Source: Paragordius varius
Lineage: Eukaryota; Animalia; Nematomorpha
DNA: 64,000 bases
Direction of reading: 5' to 3'
NCBI GenBank assembly: GCA_964247055.1
Contig: OZ176053.1
Span: 1,860,001-1,924,000 of the forward strand
Shown here: positions 39,151-51,968 of the stretch, one piece after another
How positions within the stretch are numbered: the first letter of the stretch is position 1
Layout: each line of letters starts with the position of its first letter
The notes under the pieces: model-generated
What the model was told of the DNA's origin: nothing
The model's database searches: none
Seen by the model: only the letters and a program-made list of their open reading frames with translations
Program-made: the position numbers and the translations under genes

Positions 39151-39758
39151 TGTTAAAATCATCGAACGGAAAATTATATAGAAAAATTTCCGTAACTATT
39201 ATTTAAAATTTATATTATGGCATATGATTTCAACCTTTTTTTCGTAAAAATTAAGAGAGTTACGTTTTCTATTCTTATTAGGTGTCAGGTATGATAATTA
39301 TTCTTTTTCCCAAACTTTATGTATTAGTTTCTTATTTTTTGTAACAAATTTGAGATATTTTGTGGAATACTTCTAACAATTTGAAGCATAATGGACATGG
39401 TTCGTAAGATATAAAACCCTTTTTCTAAATAATTCGATGATGTTGAACATAGAGTTTTAATTTAAAGGTTTGTTTGCTTGCAAATTTTGGTGAACTTTCG
39501 TAAAAAAACAATTTTTATTTAACCTAAATTTGAAAACGAACAAATATTTTAATTAAAATTCTGATTGAGAAATTAGCATTATCGAATTATATAAAAATAT
39601 TATAACAACCGTTTATTTATATCGTTTCCATCATGCTGAAATTAATATGAAGTATGCTTCAAAATTTACTAAAAATCAAATTTTTGAATGTGTGCATTTT
39701 TTAAAAAATATATTTAGTTGATATCAAAATTTAGCATATATTTAAAGCTATTGCATGA

Positions 39759-40092
39759 TCTCCCGTGCCTCATACGGTAATCACACGACTTTCAATGGTG
39801 GACCCTCTAATGAATCTAACACAACATCATTAGGAGGAGGTCGTCAAAAAGCTAGTACTAGAAAGTCAAAGGACGTTTATCACGAAGACTCAGCTAATGA
39901 TATGCATCATAATGGTGACGAAGACGAGGAAGAAAGATTTGCTGGTCATTCTGGGTTTTTCTCCTCAGGGGGGCCACAACACCTTTCGCCCATGCTTTTG
40001 GCGGTCCAGGGGCCGGTTCTACAGAAGGAGGGGGAGGGGCCCAACACGTTCAATGTGCAAATCAATAGGGAAAAAGAAAAAGAGCTTGAGTT
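39759..40092 (+). pseudogene. Partial duplicate of the last DnaJ exon (30055-30390)
   Basis: Near-identical sequence with two 3-bp deletions and a 1-bp deletion (CACCC->CACC) that shifts the frame before the CaaX codons; the acceptor and first ~28 nt of the exon are missing. Confidence 0.9.
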
Positions 40093-40875
40093 TTTAAAGG
40101 CTTTTTTTGAATGGTTTAATTGAGATAATATGTATTACTCTTTTTTGAATCAATCGGTACACGAATTGGTTGTTTGTAAACTACATAATAGCTGATGAAA
40201 CTTGTTATTTTATTGATAAATTATAAGATTATAATTATTATTGGCTAAACTGAAAGTTACATATATTGCAATATACAATGTTTGCTTTTTACTTAATTCA
40301 ATATCATTTTTTTATTAACATGATTTAGTTTTTGGTCTTTTATACATATAATCTTACAGTTATAATTTTGTTTATCATAAATAAATGTGAATATGTGTGT
40401 TTCTACATAATTATCTTTGATTTTTATTGGATATTTGGCTTTAGTTATCTTTTTTTAAATACCCTTCAAAGTAGTGGTACCAACATTACTCCAACTCCAA
40501 AAATAAACGGGCCGCACATAAAATATACTTATATTAAAAATATTTGAATATTTAAAAATTAAGCACACAATTGTATGCCTATTTAAAACATACTCTGAAA
40601 AAACGATCTGAATCGCATGGACATTTAAAATATATCATATATCGCTCTTATAAGCTGGGCATCATAGTTTCGAATCTTTTAGGCGTAACAAGTAAAGGGT
40701 GTAGCGTCGGAAGATCGTCGGCCACCTGCCGTCAAGGCAATCCCTACCCACCCGTAATGCATTGAGCTTCAGAGCGGGGAAACACATCGGAAGTTGGGGT
40801 TGACGTTAGTATCCACATACATAAATAAATGCCTTCATGTTAGATGTGTTAATGGGAGTTAGTATAGTTAATAAG

Positions 40876-40918
<43 letters not shown>

Positions 40919-41488
40919 AAAAGAAATGTTAATTTCGCATTGTTATGTAGGTAAAAGCAATATTTGAGTTTAAATAACCGTACAAACAGGGTTTGATTAC
41001 TCCAGAAAGTAATGTCAAAGGTCTATGTCGGGTCAAATGAAGAGTTAATTTTAAGCTCTTATCTTTGGTGTGGAAGGGGGTCTTCTTTTGCTTCTAAATG
41101 AGTATGGCCTTTAGGTAAACCAATTTTGGAGATATTAGACATTACAAGCGTCAACGTTACCCCTTCGTGCGACCATGTTTCAGTTGTACCTTCAACTGGG
41201 ACGCTAACCCGGGATAAGTGGTCGTTGAGCTTGCTCTGAGCTAAGTCTCAACTCCGACCAACAGAGATGTCGGAGATTGGTAACCAGCCCTGCTCAAATA
41301 TCAGCGGCTCCAACATTGCTTTCCGGGACGTCGTCCCACAATAATTGGCTAATAGTCAACTCAGAGTCGCGTCTTGCATGCTTTATACATTCAGTGGTAC
41401 ATTTTGTTCGTGGGATATCTGTGGGAAGCAGTCTATATTCTTAACTAACTGTATAGGTGTTTACCATAAACAGATTTTGTTGTAAATA

Positions 41489-41824
41489 TTACATCAATAC
41501 CTACTGACTTTAACAGAGCGTTGTAAAATAAAAATTTATACCTTAATTACATGAATACTAACTGACATTAACAGAGCGTTGTAAAATAAATTTTATACCT
41601 TAATTACATCAATACTGACATTAACAAAGCGTTGTAAAATAAAAATTTATACCTTAATTACATGAATACTAACTGACATTAACAGAGCGTTGTGAAATAA
41701 AAATTTATACCTTAATTACATCAATACTGACATTAACAAAGCGTTGTAAAATAAAAATTTATACCTTAATTACATCAATTTTAAATGACATTAAAGAGCA
41801 TTGTAAAATAAAATTTATACCTTA
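41489..41824. repeat. Minisatellite, six units of ~54-58 bp
   Basis: TTACAT(C/G)AATAC..TGACATTAACA(G/A)AGCGTTGTAAAATAAAAATTTATACCTTAA repeated six times. Confidence 0.92.
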
Positions 41825-42879
41825 TCCAGCAGTGGGAATTAACCTTAAAATACTACCGACTTCGCAATAGTATCATTCAATCTATAGCAAAGTATCCGGT
41901 TCAAATAAAAGTTGAATATTGGCAATCAGTTATCAAATATCAGCGGTTCCGATGTCATCGTCATATAGCAGGGAAGTTTTGCGTTGGTTTCCAGCGGGAT
42001 AGGATTAGTAACTCTGGTGCGTTTCCTCGTTGTCAAGAGCTTAAAGGTGATCGAGTTTTTCGGGGTATAATCGTAATCGCGTTCATCAGCGCAGCTTCAA
42101 GAGCTCAGTTGGTCACAGTTATTGAAGTTTTTTCGGTAAGTTAAGATCGGGGTCATTAAGGATTTACGGTCATTGTTCGATTCTAGCCTGGAGAGGATGT
42201 TGCGTCAGCCGGTGCCAACTCTTTTAGGCGTAAACATTTATATTATTAAGACCATTTTACTGATGCTAAAAAAGTGTCTCTTCATTGGTATTAGTAGAAT
42301 ATTTTCCCTATCCAGGTATAAATCAGGCCTTTGGATGTATTATCTAAAAAAACCTATTTAAATAACTCCCATTCCTAATCAATGGTATACAATTTTTCGT
42401 TTATTTTATTTGCAATAACTTAAATGGTAAAATTAAATATTTTATAAAATTTATTCGCGAACCTAAAGTGTGGGGGCTTATGTTGTTATTATATAGTTTC
42501 CATGCTTCAAACTAGTATAAAATAAGTTATCACAAAATTTTGCTAAAATTTAAATTCTATGACCTAGTAAAATTTTTGTCAAGACTAATATTTTGTCATA
42601 ATACTATATATCGAAAATTGTTTCGCTATCTTGGCATTTTTTCCTATAGTTTAGGAAAACTTATCCACTTGAAAACGATACAATCTGAAACTTTCAGCTT
42701 TCACATCAAAATAAATTATTGTTTCGATTTTCAAATATGGTTCATAAAATATTTTTATGTTTTTTTTTGGAATCAAAGCCTAAATCAGATTGCGATTCTG
42801 TTGAACAATCTTATCAAACGGCAAAAGTAACAAAGAAAGTTCCAACGGTATGGTAAATATAGATTTTGAAAAACCTTGA

Positions 42880-42916
<37 letters not shown>

Positions 42917-43891
42917 TATTTTGAACTTGGACGTATAACGTATCTAAATTATTTCATTCTGTAGTATTTAAACCGTCCAACTTGCCGCATGGGCCCTAAA
43001 AGTGCTTTTTTAGGGCCCTGAATTTTTATGTCATTTTTGATTTACCTTTTGTGTAGTATGAATATCAGTATCGATACTGAAACCATACCATTTACAGTTC
43101 GATTTCACTCTCAAAAAATTCGAATTCACCCTAAAATAAATTATGTATTTTTTAAGAATACAATTTACCGATATATTTATATTTTTTTAAAAATAAATTA
43201 CGTTTAAAACACTGTGACACAACTTTTTCTGGACTCGATTTTCTAAATATTTTCTGATTCCTTATAGTATTGTGATCAGATTTGCGTAAAAAATTTTTTT
43301 ACTATCCCAGCTCGTTTTCGAGATATGGGACTTTTTCCATATTTGGACATATCCAAAATTTTCTTGTTTGTAATTATTTTTCGCTATGTAAACGAATAAT
43401 ATGTGGTTTACATAAGTATTTTTACAAGAAATTCCAATTTATCTTCAAAATAAAAAAAAATTTACTTAAAATATCCAATACTTTTTGTTTTAGGGGGCAA
43501 AAACCCTCAAAAATTGGGTAACTTAACATTTTTTCACACAAATATTTTTTATCAATTTATTAAATCAAAACAAACTTTATTATATGTTCTTGGATGTTAA
43601 TAATGTTTGTTTAAATATAAATATCACTTTGTAATAGCTTTGTGGACTTTTATTTTTAAAAATAAATTTAATTTTTACAGCTTTTTTGTTGCTTTTTTTA
43701 TGTAAAAAATTATTTAATTTAGTCAGCTGTAAATACTAATTTCATTTTTTCATCTGAAATTTTTAAATATTTCCTTCATTTTAATACACTCTATATCATC
43801 TTTTTCATCAAGAATATTTTATTATATCAATATTTACAAAAAAAAATATAATTCTAACCCAAGTAATATATATATATATCTATATATATAG

Positions 43892-45720
43892 GGTGTCCAA
43901 CCGATAAAAATATAGTTTGCCACATCTGTGGACAATACACAAAAAAAACTAATCGGCTAAACATTACCATTTACATAAAAAAACTCTTTTTTTTATATTT
44001 CAAACTTATTATGGGGGACCTCGATAAGAGTTGGGCCCCGAACATCGTATGTCGGACATGTAGCTTTAGTTTAGGAGCATGGTGCCACAAAACCGGACCT
44101 GGACTCCCTTGGGGTATCCCTATGATATGGCGAGAGCCGAAATCTCATTGTGAATGTTATTTTTGTGCAGTTCCAAAACCACATATCATTAATATTAATA
44201 AAAAAAACAAAAAACCTATCGAATATCCAAACTTTTCCTGCGCAATTCGTCCTGTTTATCATTCCACTGATCTTCTTGTACCACCATCTCCAACCATTCA
44301 TATGGATATATTTGATATGATGGATGATACTGATTTGGAGTTTTATCAGTAAGATATAAATGATACTAATAAATTAAGTGGCACTGAGGTGATATCCCTA
44401 ATCAAAAAGTTGCATCTCTCAAAACGGTATTTTTAGAAAAAATAATAGATTTGCGCATTTTATAATTTATTTTAATTTACCCAAGCTGAAATGCGTTAAA
44501 TATATAAGTTAAATTTTGTATTTATCTTTGAATAAGCTAAACATTTTTTTAATATATTATTATATTAGGTCGTCCGAACTTATGGTGAGGACTCTTAATC
44601 GAAAGAATTTAACTGACATCAATATAACCAGTTTTCGGAATAGAGGAATAAATTTCCGAAAATATTTTTCCGAAAACAGTTATTTATCATGGTGTCATGA
44701 TATAATTGGCTTAATGCAGGAAATGAATTATGCATATGATTCATCACAATGGGTATTATTTCTAGACGCTTCACAGGTATATAATATTTTACATCTTTAG
44801 GAAAGTTTGAAGGCATTTTTATTGGACCGTGCCGGAGAGCACAGGCCAATATTAATAGCATTCAGCCGAGTTTATAGGGAAACCTATGATAATTTTGAAA
44901 ATATTTTGCAACTCCTCCGATACAACTTCCATTATTGGCATGTAACAGGGGATTAAAGTTTCTAAAATTCTAATATTTTTATAGGTCATGGGACTGCTTT
45001 ACGGAATACAGAAGGGATTTCCTAAATTCTTTTGTCCTTTGTGTGAGTGGGACTCGCGGGACACCGATAACCATTACACAAAAAAAATTGGCCCGTCCGA
45101 ACTTATGAAGTTGGGCCCAAGAATCAGACTAATTCTCCATTAATATCAGCTAACAAATTTGTTTTGCCGCCATTGCACACACTGCTTGGATTGGCCAAAA
45201 CATTTTTGTGCAGTCTCGATAAAAATGGCGAAGCTTGGGCCCATTACTTCAGGAAGTTCAGGATGACGCCTGCCAAAATTAACGCCGCAGTTTTGATCGG
45301 GCCGTAGGTATTATACATTTAATTTAATTTTAGGTTACGAATCTTTTCAATGATGTTATGTTTGAATCTAAAATGCAACCCAAAGAAAAAGCGGCATGGG
45401 TTGCATTGCGAACAAAATTTTTTGGGAAATACAAAAAATAAGAACCATCTGGAATTAGGCAATCGTTTAATCGATTCTTTCAATAGGATGGGTATGTATG
45501 TTATAATACATTTGTTTTTTAAACATTTATATTAATTTGTATCCTATAGGATGCCGCATGAGTCTAAAGCTCCATATGGTGGATTCCCATCTAAGTTCTT
45601 TTCCAAAAGACTCAATTAGTGACCAAAGAGGAGAAAAGAGTCACCAGCTTTTGAAACCCTTCGAAAAAACCTATCGAAACAATATAAATTTAATTTGCGA
45701 TTATATATATATGAATAAAT
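43892..45720 (+). pseudogene. Intron-containing Chapaev3-like transposase pseudogene
   Basis: CHICGQYT, GDLDKSWAPNIVC..C, PMIWREPKSHCECYFC, WVLFLDAS/SLKAFLL, WHVTGD, FFCPLCEWDSR, LPPLHTLLG, FLGN, GCRMSLKLHMVDSHL, SDQRGEKSHQ; frameshifts and a premature TAG. Confidence 0.8.
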
Positions 45721-46019
45721 AAATTATTATTTTATTTTTCTACATTTACTTTATTATTCTAGATTAGATTATCCGTGTCTTAAAATCTTTTGACCAAAAT
45801 ATATTGTAAATATTCACTCTAATAACTGATTATAATTAGGATTTGCATATAGTTCAATATAATATGATGAAATTATTTATTAATGGTATATTTTATTAGG
45901 CATATTCTTCAATTTTCTCTGCACAGTCGTCCATATTGAAAGCTAATCTATTAGCTGATGTGATATACAAATTGTTGCGATTGGGTACTTTGTCATGATA
46001 ATATAACTACCTATCAATA

Positions 46020-46330
46020 AAATACTTTTATGTGGCAGACGCCAAAATCGAATTGGTAAATAATTTTAAATACTTGGGCGATGTCATACATTGTCTAGGT
46101 GGAATAAACAAATCAGTTAAATATAGATCCCAACAGGTTGGGGTAAAATATCATTAACTTAAATTTATGCTTAAACATATATCAGCAAAAAACAAAGGTT
46201 GATTAGAGTTGTTGATAAGCGACAATAGTTTAAATTAAATGAAACGTTAACGACAAAAAATAATTTAACTGAAGAGACGATAACCCAAATAAAATTTTTA
46301 AGAATATATGGTTAAAATTATTAAAAATAT
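46020..46330 (+). mobile_element. Short decayed RTE fragment
   Basis: FKYLGDVIHCLGGINKSVKYR parallels YLGDMISAGGGIEYAIKHR of the 17-21 kb RTE. Confidence 0.55.
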
Positions 46331-48567
46331 AATTTAGTATATGAGGGTGCTTTCCTTTGATCATCCTGTGGCATACGTACTGTTCCCTAAACAACTGAAA
46401 TTTTATGGGTGATTAAACTTTTTTAAAAAAGAATTCATTTCCGAGTATCGTAAAACTTCATCAATAAGCTTCTTTAGATTGCACTCTTGACAAAGAGGGA
46501 ATCATCCATATCCCTAAAGTATATATATAATGTATTTGATGGTATCAAGGTGTTTTCTTCTCTTATCCAAAAGGCTGACGATTTTTCCGATTCAGAATTC
46601 AATCACAAATTTATATGAGAATCATTGTCCATTTTATATTATTTTAAAATATATAAAAATGAAGCTAACGAATCAACATATCTGCCACCATATATGGTCA
46701 AAATTTAAAAATTTCAGATGAAAAAATGAAATCAGTATTTACAGCTGACTAATTTAAATTATTTTTTACATAAAAAAAAGCAACAAAAAAGCTGTAAAAA
46801 TTAAATTTATTTTTAAAAATAAAAGTCCACAAAGCTATTACAAAGTGATATTTATATTTAAACAAACATTATTAACATCCAAGAATATATAATAATTTGA
46901 TTTAATAAATTGATAAAAAATATTTGTGTGAAAAAATGTTAAGTTACCCAATTTTTGAGGGTTTTTGCCCCCTAAAACAAAAAGTATTGGATATTTTAAG
47001 TAAATTTTTTTTTTATTTTGAAGATAAATTGGTAATTTTTTGTAAAAATACTTATGTAAGCCACATATTATTCGTTTACATAGCGAAAAATAATTACAAA
47101 CAAGAAAATTTTGGATATGTCCAAATATGAAAAAAGTCCCATATCTCGAAAACGAGCTGGGATAGTAAAAAAATTTTTTACGCAAATCTGATCACAATAC
47201 TATAAGGAATCAGAAAATATTTAGAAAATCGAGTCCAGAAAATGTAATACTGAAAAAGGAATAAACTATGCCATAAGAATATATTTTATATTAATGATGA
47301 GTTATATTAGCCCGAATACACATAATTTATTTTTAGGGTGAATTTGAATTGTTCAACGGTGAATTTGAATTGTAATTTTATATATAAGACAAGAAAAATT
47401 TCGTTTTAAAACTGAAGTTATATAGACAAAACGAGCTAAAAGATTATTTTTAATTGTTAGATTAAACGGTAATACACTCAAATGTATAATTGATAATAAT
47501 GTAAGAAAAATCACGGTTTTTGAAAAGTATGGTTGTCTAATTTAAGAATTATTTTGATACATTTTGTGTATAAATAAATTTAATTTTTAATTTCCTTATT
47601 TGAAAAGAGATAGCGCTAAATACTTTTTGCAGAGGCGGTTGATCAACTTTTATAAAATACAATGACAAAAACTTCCATGACCTAAATTTTTTAACCAACC
47701 TTTTTATCTTGAACATGGTTATTGAATTTTTGTATATAAAAATATTCATAATATTATTTATTTAATTTTATACATTTATAACATACATATATAATGCGTA
47801 ATTTAAATTTAAACGGCAATTATTATATATTAAAAATAACATGATGAATTATGTTTGAAAATGTTAAAATTATACCCAACACCACCACAAACATACTATT
47901 TTATTTGTAAAAAAAAGAGCTTTTTGAAGCGATCTTTATGATGACCTGCATTATAATAATTTTTTCATGACATTTTATCCCGCTACTACCTGTAACCCTC
48001 GAACAGCTCTGGAATCAGGGAAAATTGCACCTACATTTTCTGGAACCGGTATCTAAAACAAATCAATGTCATTTATATTTACCATCATATGTCAAATAAT
48101 TTAGGGTTAAAAATGTTTTTTTTCAAATAGATTGATGGTAAAACTCATCCGTTTTCAGAGTCCGTAAACATAAACTTACGTTGGTCGGATATATGAAAAA
48201 AAAACTGAAAACTGTTTTCAAACAATTTTTATTGTAAACATTATATTTATAAATCAATTAAATAGTAAAAATGAAAAGTAAATATTGTTTGTTAATACGA
48301 CGGATAACATTTTTAAATTCCAAATTTCGGCCGGTTTCAGACAAATAGAAACACATGGGCATCAGCGAAAATTTGTAAATGTGCAAACATGAAACTGTGT
48401 TTAAATACAACCACTATTCACTGCCAAAATTTGACAAGTCTTGGCTGGAATTGGTTTAAGAAATGGCTTAAATATGTTGAGATTTTTTTCAATTACACCA
48501 AAAACAATCTAGTCCCGCATAAGTATCGAAGTGTTGATGAGAATAATAATTGGATTACTTGGATTTA

Positions 48568-48606
<39 letters not shown>

Positions 48607-51125
48607 TTATACCGATATACAAATATCCCCCATTGCATTATCAGGAATCGTTGCATAAGTATATTGTCTGTACATGGTTCCATTGATTGTGACCATAGTT
48701 TCAGTTATGGTTACACCATCCACAGCAACGCCAAAATCGAATGGCATCATTGTCATCATATTTAGACCAGCTAAAGACCAAGGATAAGGACATATAGATA
48801 TTTATATGTGTTTACTTATACTATCAAATTATAGGTATGCCCACCGAAATTAATAGTAAATATTAGTCAAATATTTATATACTATGGACATTTCACATCC
48901 ACAAAAACTGTGTAAAGGACCTTAAAATAAGGTTTCACAAATTGTTTATGAGAATAATGTATACAATTTTTGGTATATCGTTTATTTCTAAAAATGGCCT
49001 AATGGCAAAAATACTTTTGGGAAATTTTTAAATTTGGCTCTGGAGTATAGCCCAAATAGTAATGGAGTGTTAATATCTTTATTTTATATTTAATTCGAAT
49101 TGTATAAAATTTAAAATTTTGGTTAAAAAAAATTAGATTTTAAGAAAAAATAACTATAATGGAAATTTCAATTGATTATTTCGACTAAAAATTAATAATA
49201 AGGACAAAATCAAACATGCCAAATAAACCTTTGAAAATAATAGCGTTAACCATTATTTAGATTATGTTTGATAGACAATTGTTAAATTTAATAAGAAAAT
49301 TTAATGTTTAATTAGTTTTAATAATCTATATTAATTCCGTCAAATTGTACCCCAACTAGGGTTGTGCTGACCAAGTCATGACCTGGTCAATTGACCGGGT
49401 CATGACCAGGTCAGTGACTATTTATTTTTTGACCATGTTCATTTAAAAAAACAGCTGTTTTTTAAAAAATTGCTGCTATATTTTTTTGGCAGAGAGATAA
49501 AAAGACTTCATTGCTTTTTAATTTACTTTTTAAAAAATATAAATCAGTGATACTCAAACCGCGGCCCGTGGGCCGCATGCGGCCCTAAGAGTGCTTTAAA
49601 ATTGCCCTATGACCATATTGATATTAAAATTATTTTTTTTATTGATGAAATTTTAAATATTTCAATATTAATTTATTTTTAGATTTAATTTTGATAATTT
49701 TAATTTTTACCCAATTTGAAATGTAGACAAATTTCCTTACGTTAAAATGATTTCAAAATTTTGGAACACGTTGTTTTTGTTTCTGCATTTTATTTTATTT
49801 TTTTTATTTTGAAATTATTACACTCCTTTTTTGTATTTAAGCAATTTCATCCAAACTTGCATATACATATTCTTTTCATTGCTATCCTGCATGATTAATT
49901 ATAACTCATTTTCATAAATATTTTCAAATCAACATCATTAAATTTCGACCTATTTTTTTATAGCATAATTCAAATTATTTTCCTTTTTTTGAAAATATTT
50001 ACATAATATTTAAACATAAATTCAAAGGATGACATCTAATGCTGAAAAACGTAAATTATCCAATGAAATTGCTCCTTTTAAAAAGAGAATGGGAAGAAAA
50101 ATTCTTTGTCGTTTTAATTAAAAATTAACTAGCCTCATATGTAAGGACAATATTATTAAAATACAATATTGAAAGACATTTTACAATCCATCATTCTCAC
50201 AAACCAGAAAATCATGAGGAAAGAAACGAAAAATATTAAAAATTAAGGAATTATACCAGGAAGAATCTACTATGTCCATAGCTTTCTCCCAAGAAAGAGC
50301 TGTAACATTAGCTTCGTAGAAAATTTGCTATATTTTAGGAAAAAATATAAAACCGTTTACTGATTGCCAACTAATAAAAGAATGTATAATAAATGGTTGC
50401 ACTTTTTTATTTGATAAATTCCATAGTAAAGATCAAATCATGAGGCAAGTTAAAAATCTTCAACTTTCTGATTCAACATGTGCTCGACGCATTATCCCAA
50501 TATTTCGGTTTTGATCAGGTGCTATCATTGAAAAATTCGTTTTTAAAAATGATTCCAATATGGAGGCTATATTCAAGGAGAATCGTAGAGTAGAAATATA
50601 TGCAGAGGTTTTGCAAGATGTGCCAAATAAATATGAAAATATAAAAAAATTGCTCAAGTTATCCTAACTGTTTTTCCCTACCCTTACACGTTTGAGACGG
50701 CATATTCAAGGATGAAATCTCAAGAATACATACAGAAATCGCTTAACCGATAGACATATGGACGACGTTTGTCAAAAATTATTGGTTATTATCAAAATAT
50801 TTTGATTTTTTTAATTAAATGGTGCAAAACGAGTTTTTAGCTGGATTACATCCGCAAAAAAATCATTGTGCTGATTTGAAGTATTAATAAGTGCATATGT
50901 GTCAAATAGCTATAGGATATTTGCCATTATAAAGTTCATGGCCCTCGATAAAAAAATATATTTAATTTGGCCCTTCAAATTTTTTTGGTGAGTACCACTG
51001 ATATAAATTAAATATTTAAATATGCTTATTTAACAATATAAAATTGTTAAACATGCATCCTTTTAACATTTTAGCACCAGTTATTTCGAAAAACAATCCA
51101 GCATTTTGCAAAATATGCGATTATT

Positions 51126-51167
<42 letters not shown>

Positions 51168-51930
51168 CCAATAAATTGTAAAAACATTTTTATAATTGGA
51201 TATTTCAATGATGAAAGAAAGTGTAAAACAAATTAGGTAAAATTTTATTTGAAATATCCAAATTTAAAATCTATAAATTTGAAGTTTCAGAAGGCCACAA
51301 GAATGTGACAAAATTTATTTTACAATATTTTAGATTAAATTTGATTGAGAATGTAAATATAAAAAAATGTATAATATAAACTTTTAAGAAAAAACATGAC
51401 AGTGAAACGCAAGTGTCGTTTGATTATTTTCACAATCCAATATCGCATGGTATTTAAATCAGTAAAGTGACATGACCGTGGTCATGAACATGGTCTGACC
51501 GGACTTTTTTGAAAAAGCAGTCAAATGCACAACCCTAACCTCAACATTCACATGGACATATTTTATATTTAAAAATTAATTTAATATGGTAGTAAAAAAA
51601 TCAGTTTTTTTGTATTTACGTTTCTTTGTAACTATACAATTTTAGGGAGTAGAAATAATTTTTTAATTAATTAATTAATAAATATTTATATTCAAATTAT
51701 GATATTGGGGTGACATACTACCACGTACATAATATATCTTAAAATTACATCCATTGACCCCCTATGTTTAACACAAATACAACACATAATAAAAATGCAA
51801 CTTTGTTATAATTATATGTCACAAAATAAGTACTTGCTGTGAAATTGAGCGGAACCGTCAATTGTCCCCAACATACTCCTGTCGAACCCGCTGGCCGTCT
51901 TGTTATGCAATAAAGCACAGGATTCGAATC

Positions 51931-51968
<38 letters not shown>

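Larger units (their letters stand above)
43210..47243 (+). mobile_element. CMC-superfamily (Chapaev3-like) DNA transposon with ~550-bp TIRs, inserted in a family-W MITE
   Basis: Left terminus CACTGTG; arms ~43210-43770 and ~46705-47243 are near-identical inverted copies; the outermost ~13 bp of the right arm are missing. Confidence 0.75.

Noticed and set aside
43282-47185. Duplicated ORFs MRKKFFYYPSS.. (43282-43521 + and 46838-47185 -) as a paralogous gene pair
   Set aside because: They are the two inverted arms of the CMC-type transposon; low-complexity translation with no splice or domain support.
48389-48765. Plus-strand ORFs containing IYIYIY (also 27130-27327 and 63019-63090)
   Set aside because: Translations of (TA)n microsatellites; the real signal at 48.6-48.8 kb is on the minus strand.
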